A stretch of 46,507 nt of DNA from an uncultured Nitrospinota bacterium (GTDB lineage: Bacteria > Nitrospinota_A > UBA7883 > JAJRTC01). Below are positions 26,002-34,730 of the stretch, in pieces. The position numbers were made by a program, and so were the translations under genes. The notes under the pieces were generated by a model. It saw only the letters and a list, made by a program, of their open reading frames with translations, was not told the DNA's origin and searched no databases. The first letter of the stretch is position 1, and the number at the start of each line of letters is the position of its first letter. The stretch is taken from contig CAYNDB010000002.1 of the NCBI GenBank assembly GCA_964395915.1, positions 10,817-57,323 on the forward strand, read 5' to 3'.

Positions 26002-28218
26002 TTATTTCTTTACGACTGTCGGGATGGTTATGATATCGCCAGGCATGAGGTTGTTTAGCCTGGCGTCCGGGTTGTAGAGACGGACAAGCCATATCGGCGC
26101 TTCGTTCTCTTTTACGCACAGGTCCCACAAGGACTGGCCGCGTTTTATGGAGACTTCTTTTTCACCGTCCACTTTATACGCGTCATAAAAATCTTCTCTA
26201 AGGCTCATGTGATATTCAAGCCGTTTTTGTTCGAACTGTTCCGCCGATACTCTCGATAAAGGCACCTTGATAGGAGAGCCGCTCCTGATATGCCGCATCC
26301 GTTTTTTCCTATTGAGGCTTAACACCCTTTTTACAGGAACTCTGCTCCATTCCGCATAGTGGCCTATGGTCTCTTCAGGCCGAACGACAACCTTGCCGGT
26401 ATTATCAGAAATCATCTTTATAGCGTAGTCAGAGCGCTTGAGCTGAAATCCGCGATTATCATTTTTTGCAGGCTCAGTGGTTATTTTGACAAGTTCGGTT
26501 TCCATGGAGGCGGCCGTTCCTGTCTTGACTTTTGCCGGCGTATGCGCTTTCACCGCCACCACAGGCGCTATTGAAGCCACTTTTGGAGCCGGCGCCGGTT
26601 TTTTCAGTTTAAGAATCTGGCCAGGATGTATCGTGTCGCGAATCCTCATCCCGTTGATACGGGCAAGCTTGTACATGTTCATGCCATATCTTTCGGATAT
26701 TACAAACAAACTTTCGCCAGGCATAACATAATGTTCGCCGGAATCCGGTTTTTTATAAACTACTACAGTGGCTGTTTTTCTTTTGGCTACACGCTTATTC
26801 GCTCTTCCCGGTATAACAAGCTTCTGTCCTTTGAAGATTGTATTAGAGGAAAGATTATTAGCGCTTTTAAGAGACCTTAACGAAACACGATAGCGTTTGG
26901 CGATCAGGCTCAAAGCGTCTCCCCTGCGCACGATATGCCACTTACTCATTTTTTGCGTTGAAAACCTGGAGCTTCTCGGGATAGAGGCGATGGCGGTTCT
27001 CGCAATATCTCCCAACCCGGCAGGCACCCTCAACTTATACCCTTTAGGCACATGACGCCTTCCGCTCCACACGCTTTTCCTTAACGCAGGGTTATACCCA
27101 CGCAAGGTATCAAGTGGAAGACCCATTTTTTTTGCCAATGTTCTCGCCGGGATGTAGTTTCTGACAAGTTGCATGTCATATCTGAACTTGGGCTCAAAAT
27201 TTATTCTCCCAAAGTACCGCTTGTAATTTCTGGTAACTTCCAGAGCGGCCAGAAACTCCGCATAGAAATTTTTCGACGCAAACCCGAACGATCTGCTTCG
27301 GTAGTTTTTTATAATCTTACCTATATTGTCTCCATATTTACGCTTGGCTCTTTTCATTCCATTCGTGCCATGGTTATATGCGGTGATAGCAAGTGGCCAT
27401 GAACGTAGCGCCCGGAAATTACTCTTTAAAAGACGGGCGGCGGAATCTGTGGCCACAATAGGGTCTCTTCTTTCGTCGACAGTGTAATTAAGTTTCATAA
27501 AGAGCCTGCCGGTGCCTCGTGTAAACTGCCATATCCCCGCGGCGCCAGCGCTGGAATATGCTTTATAGTTAAAAGAAGATTCGACATGCGGCAAAACCGT
27601 GAGCTCTTCCGGCAAGCCATGGGAACGGAATATCTTGCGCATTTCCCGTATGTACTTTCCCGAACGTTTCAGACCGGCCTTGAACCTGTCCGCCTGTCCA
27701 AGTTGCGCGCGCACCCTTCGGGCCGCTGATTTGAACTTTTTATATCCGGGTATATGGGCAAATTTGCCCGCTATCGCTTTTTCTTCAGCTGTGGTTGCCT
27801 TGCCCCTGTTTCTGTAAAGTTTTTTGAGGATCGCCACAATATGCCTTTTACGATTCTTTTTATATCGACGCACCTTGCGCGAACTCGCTTTATGTCTCTT
27901 ATGGCTTTTATTCAGATCCACCACCTCGTAAATGACATTCAGGTGGTCGCGATCATGTATAACGATATTCCTGGTACTGTATTTGGAATAGATTTTTTTC
28001 CAGAACTCCACCTTGGAACGCAAATCCCACGGAGTAGGAAAATTGGAATGTTTCGGAAAGTCGCGGTATGGATCCGAGCCGCGATACGATTTATCAATAT
28101 TAGCAGGGGAAGAGGCGCCGGCGCTTATAGCCTCGGAAATATCAGCCCAAAATAATGAGCAAAACAAAAGCGAGACCAAGAAAGCGGGAAAAAGATTTCT
28201 CCAGTTATTTGATATCAC
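26002..28218 (-). CDS. Membrane-bound lytic murein transglycosylase with LysM repeats (MltD-like)
   Basis: 738 aa with a signal/anchor sequence. SLT catalytic region (VESSFNYKAYSSAGAAGIWQF). At least three LysM-like repeats (e.g. HIVRRGDALSLIAKRYRVSLRSLKSANNL, YVMPGESLFVISERYGMNMYKLARING). Confidence 0.85.
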   Translation of the reverse strand: MISNNWRNLFPAFLVSLLFCSLFWADISEAISAGASSPANIDKSYRGSDPYRDFPKHSNFPTPWDLRSKVEFWKKIYSKYSTRNIVIHDRDHLNVIYEVVDLNKSHKRHKASSRKVRRYKKNRKRHIVAILKKLYRNRGKATTAEEKAIAGKFAHIPGYKKFKSAARRVRAQLGQADRFKAGLKRSGKYIREMRKIFRSHGLPEELTVLPHVESSFNYKAYSSAGAAGIWQFTRGTGRLFMKLNYTVDERRDPIVATDSAARLLKSNFRALRSWPLAITAYNHGTNGMKRAKRKYGDNIGKIIKNYRSRSFGFASKNFYAEFLAALEVTRNYKRYFGRINFEPKFRYDMQLVRNYIPARTLAKKMGLPLDTLRGYNPALRKSVWSGRRHVPKGYKLRVPAGLGDIARTAIASIPRSSRFSTQKMSKWHIVRRGDALSLIAKRYRVSLRSLKSANNLSSNTIFKGQKLVIPGRANKRVAKRKTATVVVYKKPDSGEHYVMPGESLFVISERYGMNMYKLARINGMRIRDTIHPGQILKLKKPAPAPKVASIAPVVAVKAHTPAKVKTGTAASMETELVKITTEPAKNDNRGFQLKRSDYAIKMISDNTGKVVVRPEETIGHYAEWSRVPVKRVLSLNRKKRMRHIRSGSPIKVPLSRVSAEQFEQKRLEYHMSLREDFYDAYKVDGEKEVSIKRGQSLWDLCVKENEAPIWLVRLYNPDARLNNLMPGDIITIPTVVKK

Positions 28219-28399
28219 AATTACACGTAATTAAATAAAATATGCATTAAATTAACAGTAAAAACATGGTAGCACAATCAGCTTTATTTTAGTGGGATTG
28301 TTAAGGCCAAATCGATAGAAAAAAAAACGGAATCAGCCAACGTTTAATTATTAATCAGAAAGGAAAAGCAACGCGATAGCAAAGAGGCCCGCTGGCGTT

Positions 28400-28615
28400 T
28401 TAAAAGATTTTATCTTTCTCTTCAACCTTAAGGTCAAGAGCTTCAAGAATTTTTCGTTGAGTATCGACACGGCAAACTTCGCCTCGCTCAATTCTGTTCA
28501 ATGTCTGGACAGATATCCTCGCCTTACGCGCAAGCTCCGCTTTAGACATCATCAGGTTCTCACGAAATATTTTCACTTTATTCGGAGACTTCATCTCTTC
28601 AATACTTTTAGCCAT
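28400..28615 (-). CDS. XRE-family helix-turn-helix transcriptional regulator
   Basis: 71 aa. Has the classical HTH_3 pattern: MSKAELARKARISVQTLNRIERGE. Confidence 0.75.
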   Translation of the reverse strand: MAKSIEEMKSPNKVKIFRENLMMSKAELARKARISVQTLNRIERGEVCRVDTQRKILEALDLKVEEKDKIF

Positions 28616-28951
28616 CGTAATTTTTTAATGCCGTTTTGATACTAAATTGTTGGATACAATTAGCCGCCTATCAAGTTATTATGGTTATCCAAACAAGGTA
28701 ACAATGTCAATAAATAATAATCCATAAACATCTAACTTAATGACAATTATACCCAATTAGCTAACATAAATGAAAATATATTCTAAATTTTCAGCGAAAA
28801 ATCACAATAATTCTAGACAATACATTAAATGAAATGTTTTATCTCTCTGTATAATCAGGAGTTATTAATTAATCGTAAATATATACAATAGTAATTGCAA
28901 CACTTTTTCCGCCCTGTTAGACTGTTAAATTTTTGGAGCCAACCCATAAAA

Positions 28952-30022
28952 ATGGTAAAAATTGCGATATTGCCCGGTGACGGGATCGGAGTGGAAGTTA
29001 TTGAAGAAGCAGAGAAAGTTCTCGCCTTACTGGACAAAAAATACACTTTAGGCTTTGAAACCGAGAAAGCTTTGGTGGGCGGGAGCGCCTATGATAAATT
29101 CGGAACTCCATTGCCGGAATCTACTTTAACTCTTGCAAAAGAGGCGGACGCGGTTCTGCTTGGAGCCGTCGGTGGCCCGAAATGGGAGTCTCTCGACTAT
29201 GGTGTTCGGCCAGAGCGCGCCTTGCTGGGTTTGAGAGCGGAGCTTGATCTCTACGCTAACCTTCGTCCCGCAAAGGTATATCCCGCGCTTGTAGACGCTT
29301 CATCGTTAAAGCGCGAAATTATTGAGGGAACAGACATCATGGTTGTCCGCGAGCTTGTGGGCGGCATATATTTCGGAGAGCCGAAAGGTGTGGAACAGCT
29401 TCCTGATGGAACCGAACGCGGAGTGAACACTCTTGTATATACGACTCCGGAGATAGAGAGAATAGCAAAAGTGGCTTTCGATGTGGCGCGTAAGCGCGGC
29501 AAAAAAGTTTGTTCTGTTGATAAAGCCAATGTGCTTGAATGTACGGAACTATGGCGGCGTGTCGTTTCAGGGATACATCAGGATTATCAGGATGTGGAGT
29601 TGTCCCATATGTATGTCGATAACTGCGCTATGCAGCTTGTCCGTTGGCCGAAACAGTTCGACGTAATCGTTACAACGAATATGTTTGGCGATATTTTGTC
29701 CGATGAAGCGGCAATGTTGACCGGCAGTATAGGAATGTTGCCGTCAGCGTCGTTGTCTGGGAAAAAAGGTATGTATGAGCCTGTTCACGGCTCCGCGCCT
29801 GATATAATGGGCCAAAATAAGGCGAATCCGATCGCTACGATTCTTTCCGTCGCTATGATGCTGCGATATTCATTCGACCTGGCGGACGCCGCCGAGGATA
29901 TCGAGCAGGCTGTGACAAAAGTTTTGGAGGACGGTATCAGAACGCCCGATATTCATACGGAAGGCTATACTCTTGTCGGGACTAAAGAGATGGGCGACAA
30001 GATAGTGGAAGCGATAGGGTAG
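28952..30022 (+). CDS. leuB: 3-isopropylmalate dehydrogenase
   Basis: N-terminal [16 protein letters not shown], the LGAVGGPKW motif and the [26 protein letters not shown] signature. The ORF track begins at 28895, but the conserved N-terminus starts at the ATG at 28952. Confidence 0.93.
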   Translation: MVKIAILPGDGIGVEVIEEAEKVLALLDKKYTLGFETEKALVGGSAYDKFGTPLPESTLTLAKEADAVLLGAVGGPKWESLDYGVRPERALLGLRAELDLYANLRPAKVYPALVDASSLKREIIEGTDIMVVRELVGGIYFGEPKGVEQLPDGTERGVNTLVYTTPEIERIAKVAFDVARKRGKKVCSVDKANVLECTELWRRVVSGIHQDYQDVELSHMYVDNCAMQLVRWPKQFDVIVTTNMFGDILSDEAAMLTGSIGMLPSASLSGKKGMYEPVHGSAPDIMGQNKANPIATILSVAMMLRYSFDLADAAEDIEQAVTKVLEDGIRTPDIHTEGYTLVGTKEMGDKIVEAIG

Positions 30023-30034
30023 GGCTTAGAAAAA

Positions 30035-31045
30035 ATGGCAAAAGGATTATATAACATCGCCGTCGTCGGGGCCACTGGGGCCGTCGGCGAGGAAATGATA
30101 AAAATACTTGAGGAGCGTCAATTTCCGGTAAGCGTGTTTCGCCCGTTGGCGTCTTCCCGATCCGCTGGCATGGAAGTGAGCTTCCGTGGTGAATCTTATA
30201 TCGTGGAAGAGCTTACTCACGACTCTTTTGAAGGAATAAACATAGCGATTTTTTCGGCGGGAGCGGCGCGTAGCATAGAGTTTGCCCCATCCGCCGTGGA
30301 CGCCGGAGCCGTGGTGGTTGATAACTCGAGCGCGTTTCGTATGGACCCGGATATCCCCCTTGTCGTTCCGGAAGTGAACCGCAACGCAATAGCAAGGCAT
30401 AAAGGGATAATAGCCAACCCGAACTGCTCCACCATACAATTGGTAACCGCGTTAAAGCCTCTGCACGACGCGGCAAGAATAAAAAGGATCGTAATTTCAA
30501 CATATCAGTCCGTCTCCGGAGCCGGGAAAGAGGCTATGGACGAGCTTTCGCAACAAACGAAGGATATGTTCAGTTTCCAGGATATTGAGCCGAAAATATT
30601 CCCTGCGCAAATCGCTTTCAACTGTATTCCGCAAATCGATATATTTTTAGATAGCGGGTATACGAAGGAAGAGGAGAAAATGGTCAACGAGACGAAAAAG
30701 ATCATGGAGGACGAATCGATACAGGTTACCGCCACATGTGTGCGTGTGCCGGTTTTCTATTCACATGGCGAATCTGTGAACCTTGAGTTTGCGGTTCCGA
30801 TAGCTCCTGAGTTCGCCCGTGAAATATTGATGAACGCGCCTGGAGTTGAGGTGGTAGACACCCCTGAAGAACAGAAATATCCATTGGCGACCGAAGCCGC
30901 TGGCAAAGACCCTGTGTATGTCGGGCGTATACGGCGTGACGATACAGTGAAACACGGGCTTAATATGTGGATAGTGTCGGATAATATCAGGAAGGGCGCG
31001 GCTTTGAACGCTATTCAGATCGCCGAAGAACTACTGGACCTTTAA
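30035..31045 (+). CDS. asd: Aspartate-semialdehyde dehydrogenase
   Basis: 336 aa. NADP-binding IAVVGATGAVGEE, active-site ANPNCSTIQ and YQSVSGAG motifs. Confidence 0.93.
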   Translation: MAKGLYNIAVVGATGAVGEEMIKILEERQFPVSVFRPLASSRSAGMEVSFRGESYIVEELTHDSFEGINIAIFSAGAARSIEFAPSAVDAGAVVVDNSSAFRMDPDIPLVVPEVNRNAIARHKGIIANPNCSTIQLVTALKPLHDAARIKRIVISTYQSVSGAGKEAMDELSQQTKDMFSFQDIEPKIFPAQIAFNCIPQIDIFLDSGYTKEEEKMVNETKKIMEDESIQVTATCVRVPVFYSHGESVNLEFAVPIAPEFAREILMNAPGVEVVDTPEEQKYPLATEAAGKDPVYVGRIRRDDTVKHGLNMWIVSDNIRKGAALNAIQIAEELLDL

Positions 31046-31097
31046 CGGAGAGGTTCGGCATCGGCGCCAAACAATGTCGCCAACACCATCCCTTTCC

Positions 31098-31133
31098 CAA
31101 ACGTAAAGCGGGGCATGATAAATCACACCCCGC
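31098..31133 (-). terminator. Candidate terminator between convergent asd and the CI-like HTH gene
   Basis: Stem GCGGGG (31108..31113) pairs with CCCCGC (31128..31133) across a 14 nt loop. On the minus strand it is followed by TTTACGTTT. Confidence 0.4.
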
Positions 31134-31142
31134 AAAACGGGT

Positions 31143-31517
31143 TTACCTCAAGCTTTTTATACCGACTTTGATCTTTTTAAGACGGGAAATCTGCTTTTCA
31201 AGTTTGCCTATCTGCACGTCAACCTGTGACATAAGCGATTTGGTGGTATAAGCCATATCTTCTATCCGGTCAGGAAATGGCTCTCCATCGCCTGTCATAA
31301 GCCAGTCCAGGGAACATCCCGTATAGTTCCGGATTTTTATCAGGTTATCATATTTAGGTATTTTTTCTTTTTGCCAGTAGTATTGAAACAGGCCTTTTTC
31401 AATACCAACCTTTTTGCACCATGCATAAGGCTTGTTTTCGCCGATCAAAAACTCTAGCCTGTTTTTGAAAGACACAAGCTTTTGATTTCTTGTTGTTTTC
31501 TGCTTTACGCTATTCAT
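31143..31517 (-). CDS. Phage CI-repressor-type HTH domain protein with a C-terminal coiled-coil
   Basis: 124 aa. RLEFLIGENKPYAWCKKVGIEKGLFQYYWQKEKIPKYDNLIKIRNYTGCSLDWLMTGDGEPF resembles the bacteriophage CI repressor N-terminal HTH family. The gene looks low in GC by eye. Confidence 0.6.
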   Translation of the reverse strand: MNSVKQKTTRNQKLVSFKNRLEFLIGENKPYAWCKKVGIEKGLFQYYWQKEKIPKYDNLIKIRNYTGCSLDWLMTGDGEPFPDRIEDMAYTTKSLMSQVDVQIGKLEKQISRLKKIKVGIKSLR

Positions 31518-31792
31518 TTTTTTTCCCTCGAAAAAATAAGTTGTTAATATTGTTTACTACTACAGATATACATATATTCTAGCAAAAGAAACCATGATTT
31601 TCGTCATGTTTTTTTACAGTTTGAAGTAAGCGCATAATATATAGACACTTACTACATATATTATTTTCGACTCTATAAGTAAAAATAATCAATAAATGAA
31701 AACGGCGTCAAACACAAACTCCGAAGCGTCCCCCTCTCCCCCTAAGTCCTTGTTTCAACAGTGGTTAAGGGCCCAATATCAAGCTTACAAGA

Positions 31793-32155
31793 TCAGTCTA
31801 TAATGATCCTGTTGCCTTCCTTGATACTTTTTCGCTTATCATCCTGATACGCGTCCACCTTCTTCAAAATACGTTCCGCTTCGGCCTCGGTAGTTGTAAA
31901 TACGCGATAGGTAAGACCCGATCCAGGCTCGCCTGTCACAAGCACCTGGTAAACTTCTTTAAACTTTTCCCCATTTTCACATTTTATGCTTTCGACCTTA
32001 ACTATAGTGTCGGCGTCTATTGAAGCAAGTCCCTTTGTCCCGTCACAAGCTATGGTTTTAAAGGAAATTTTATATGTCGAAAGAGCTCCGGCATATGCCA
32101 ACCCGCTAAAAACCGTAACAACAATGAACAGGTTTAATAAAAATTTTCGATACAT
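31793..32155 (-). CDS. Secreted hypothetical protein
   Basis: 120 aa with signal peptide MYRKFLLNLFIVVTVFSGLAYA. I recognise no motif. The gene looks low in GC by eye. Confidence 0.5.
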   Translation of the reverse strand: MYRKFLLNLFIVVTVFSGLAYAGALSTYKISFKTIACDGTKGLASIDADTIVKVESIKCENGEKFKEVYQVLVTGEPGSGLTYRVFTTTEAEAERILKKVDAYQDDKRKSIKEGNRIIID

Positions 32156-32256
32156 GCGAATAATACCTTAAAAATTGTGAATCGAGTCTACCACGAGGAT
32201 GCGTGGTGACGCCAGAAAGTTTTTTTACCTGATACGTAAAAGTTGGTTATACGATT

Positions 32257-32288
32257 AAAAATTTCCCCTCCCGCGAGGAGAGGGGAAA
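32257..32288 (-). terminator. Rho-independent terminator downstream of the A-type Fe-S carrier gene
   Basis: A 9 bp GC-rich stem pairs TTTCCCCTC (32262..32270) with GAGGGGAAA (32280..32288) across a 9 nt loop. On the minus strand it is followed by a T5 tract (plus-strand A run at 32257..32261). Confidence 0.6.
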
Positions 32289-32337
32289 CATAAAGGTCCG
32301 CTTGAATTATATCCGCCAAGCTTATCAGCAATACAGC

Positions 32338-32658
32338 CTAGCAGCTAAATGATTTACCGCAACCGCAACCACCGTCCGAATTAGGATTGTTGAACACGAA
32401 AGAGCTTCCTTGCATGCTCTCAACAAAGTCAATCTCAATCCCGGCAAGCATAGGCGCGGAACGCTCATCAACCAGGACGGTGATACCGCCTGATTCAAAT
32501 TTACTGTCTCCAGCGTATTCTGTATCGAACCCAATCTGGTATTGATTTCCGCTGCAGCCACCGCCTACGACGGCTACACGAAGGGATTTATCCACGGAAT
32601 TAGTATCCATCTGCGCTTTCTTAATCTGATTTACAGCATTCTCGGTAAGAGTTAACAT
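32338..32658 (-). CDS. A-type iron-sulfur cluster carrier (IscA/ErpA/HesB family)
   Basis: Conserved Cys in GGGCSG and the C-terminal CGCGKSF motif. The ORF track starts at 32703. The ATG at 32658 (MLTLTENAV...) is preceded by AGGAG and gives the usual ~106 aa length. Confidence 0.88.
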   Translation of the reverse strand: MLTLTENAVNQIKKAQMDTNSVDKSLRVAVVGGGCSGNQYQIGFDTEYAGDSKFESGGITVLVDERSAPMLAGIEIDFVESMQGSSFVFNNPNSDGGCGCGKSFSC

Positions 32659-32909
32659 CTCAAGTCTCCTGTTCTTCCAATAATTGAAACATCTTAATTC
32701 CATAAAGCCATCACAACCGGCAAGGAATATATTGTCGATATAAAACTTCCTCTTAAACGCTTTTTTTAAGCGTAATATTTTTTAGTTTAGAGTCAACATA
32801 TTCTAAAACGATTCCAGAATAAACGATAATGATAATCAATATCTTTAAACTATAGTAACATAAAATAGAAAGCGCGATCAAGAGTGTCTCAATAGCGACA
32901 AGGATATGT

Positions 32910-33653
32910 TTAACTCGTTGTTTTCATGATCCGTTCAATATTTTTAAGATCATCAGCGGTATTTATGCCAAGAGCTTCTTTGGCATCTTCCGCCAGGAGA
33001 CAGTTTACGACCAATCCTTCGTCAAACGCCATGTTGACAAGGTCGGTCAGGTAATATTCGCCTTGCGCGTTGCTGTTATCCACTCGCTTCAGGGATGGAA
33101 GGAGAAAGGAGTTTTTAAAAACATATATTCCGCTGTTTATCTCCTTTACTTCAAGTTGTTCGGGGGTGGCGTCTTTCGCCTCGACAATGGCGGTGATGGT
33201 ATCGCCTTGCCGGATCACCCGACCATATGAAGCCGCGTCGTCAAGCTTGAGTGTCAACACAGTTATTGCGGCGTTGGAGTTTTCATGAGTTTTCAACATT
33301 TGTTTTATCGTTTCAGGTTTTATAAGTGGCACATCGCCGGAAAGTATGACAACGTCCCCATCAAATCCCTCCAGATATCCGGCCGCTTGCGCTACAGCGT
33401 GCGCCGTTCCAAGCTGTGGCTCCTGCGTTGCGAAACTTATATCGTGATCGCTAAACCGCTCTTTGACGAGGTCACGGCCATGCCCTACCACGACTATTAT
33501 TTTTTTGGGATCCAAAGCTCTGGCGGAGGAGAGCGCATACTCAAGCATCGGCTTGCCACATAGCGGCGCCAATACTTTTGGCAGATCGGATTTCATCCTG
33601 GTTCCTTTGCCAGCCGCCATTATCACTATGGCCAGGTTTTTGTTGATAGACAT
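32910..33653 (-). CDS. Stand-alone nucleotidyltransferase corresponding to the N-terminal uridyltransferase domain of GlmU
   Basis: 247 aa. Collinear by eye with E. coli GlmU residues ~1-230 (AIVIMAAGKGTRMKSDLPKVL, QEPQLGTAHAV, LSGDVPLI, YGRVIR, EAKDATPEQLEVKEINSGIY, NAQGEYYLTD). It stops at the linker, and no left-handed beta-helix acetyltransferase domain follows. Confidence 0.8.
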   Translation of the reverse strand: MSINKNLAIVIMAAGKGTRMKSDLPKVLAPLCGKPMLEYALSSARALDPKKIIVVVGHGRDLVKERFSDHDISFATQEPQLGTAHAVAQAAGYLEGFDGDVVILSGDVPLIKPETIKQMLKTHENSNAAITVLTLKLDDAASYGRVIRQGDTITAIVEAKDATPEQLEVKEINSGIYVFKNSFLLPSLKRVDNSNAQGEYYLTDLVNMAFDEGLVVNCLLAEDAKEALGINTADDLKNIERIMKTTS

Positions 33654-33737
33654 AATTAAATTTGCTCTTGTTAATGTAAAAAACGGATTATAACTTTAGC
33701 ATGAAGGGATTAACAATATTCGCTACATTAGTCTGAT

Positions 33738-34730
33738 ATGAAAGTCTTTATATACGAACATCTTTGCGGCGGCGGATTTTTGGAAACCTTTGGCGCAGGC
33801 TCGATGCTTGCCGAAGGGGAGGCAATGCTTTGCGCCGCTTTGCGCGATTTTGGGCGGATAGAATACGTTGAGCTGTTTTCAATAGTCGATAAAAAAATCG
33901 ATAAAAGATTACGAGAGACTTTTGCCAGGCTTCCCGAAGTGAAGCCGATAAAATCGACATGGCTTGACGCGTTTATCGATTGTGTCCAACAATGTGACGC
34001 CGCGCTGATAATCGCTCCGGAATCTAACGGGACTTTAAGAAAACTAACGAAAATAGTAATCAACCTCGGCAAAATAAATCTCGGAAGCTCACCGGAGGCG
34101 ATATCTGTTACGGGAAACAAATTGATATTCTCAACCGTGATGAAAAAAATCGGTATCGCCCATCCGCGAACATTTTTAATCGACGGCGACGTTGACCCTG
34201 ACCGGCATTTCGACGGCGCATGGGTCGGCAAGCCTGTCGACGGGGCTGGGTCTGAAAAAGTGCGGGTTTATGCAAACGGCGACTATGAGAAGGGCAGGGC
34301 GGGGGACACTGGTATGATAGCGCAGGAATACGTGGAAGGAGCGCCTATGAGCCTTTCTGTAGTATCGGGAGCTCACGACTCGACCATCCTTTCGGTTAAC
34401 CGCCAGCGCTTATCTAACAATATGAGTTATGAGGGGGGTGATATCTTGAGTGTCTCTCCTGATGACATTCTTTACGATCTGGTAAACCGTATAAAGAAGA
34501 CGATTCCGGGCTTGAACGGGTATTGGGGGCTTGATTACATCGACACAAACGAATCTCCTGTTGTGATCGAGGTCAACCCCAGACTTACCACGAGTTACAG
34601 CGCATTATCGGAGGCGCTTTGCGTAAACCCGGCTGAAATGATTTTAAATATCGCCATGGGCCAACCCTTGCCGGAAATAAAATCACGTACTGCGATCGGG
34701 TTTAGCGCTACTGGTATGGAGCCCTCATGA
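33738..34730 (+). CDS. ATP-grasp enzyme (possibly COG1821/MfnD-like amide ligase)
   Basis: 330 aa. N-terminus MKVFIYEHLCGGGF and an ATP-grasp core (GKPVDGAGSEKV, AQEYVEG, IEVNPRLTTSY). ATGA overlap with the next gene. Assignment to a specific family is tentative. Confidence 0.6.
   Translation: MKVFIYEHLCGGGFLETFGAGSMLAEGEAMLCAALRDFGRIEYVELFSIVDKKIDKRLRETFARLPEVKPIKSTWLDAFIDCVQQCDAALIIAPESNGTLRKLTKIVINLGKINLGSSPEAISVTGNKLIFSTVMKKIGIAHPRTFLIDGDVDPDRHFDGAWVGKPVDGAGSEKVRVYANGDYEKGRAGDTGMIAQEYVEGAPMSLSVVSGAHDSTILSVNRQRLSNNMSYEGGDILSVSPDDILYDLVNRIKKTIPGLNGYWGLDYIDTNESPVVIEVNPRLTTSYSALSEALCVNPAEMILNIAMGQPLPEIKSRTAIGFSATGMEPS

Noticed and set aside
25883-26128. Short track ORFs in or spanning intergenic regions: 81 aa at 25883..26128 (-), 63 aa at 28855..29046 (-), 98 aa at 35664..35960 (+) and 94 aa at 78..362 (+).
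   Set aside because: They overlap better-supported genes or promoter regions, lack RBS and motifs, and have odd composition. I treat them as non-coding.
32745-32785. A hairpin, ACGCTT-TTTTT-AAGCGT, downstream of the GlmU-domain gene, as a possible terminator.
   Set aside because: The stem is only 6 bp, with a loop made of the T-run itself. The orientation and U-tract are ambiguous on both strands, so support is too weak to call.
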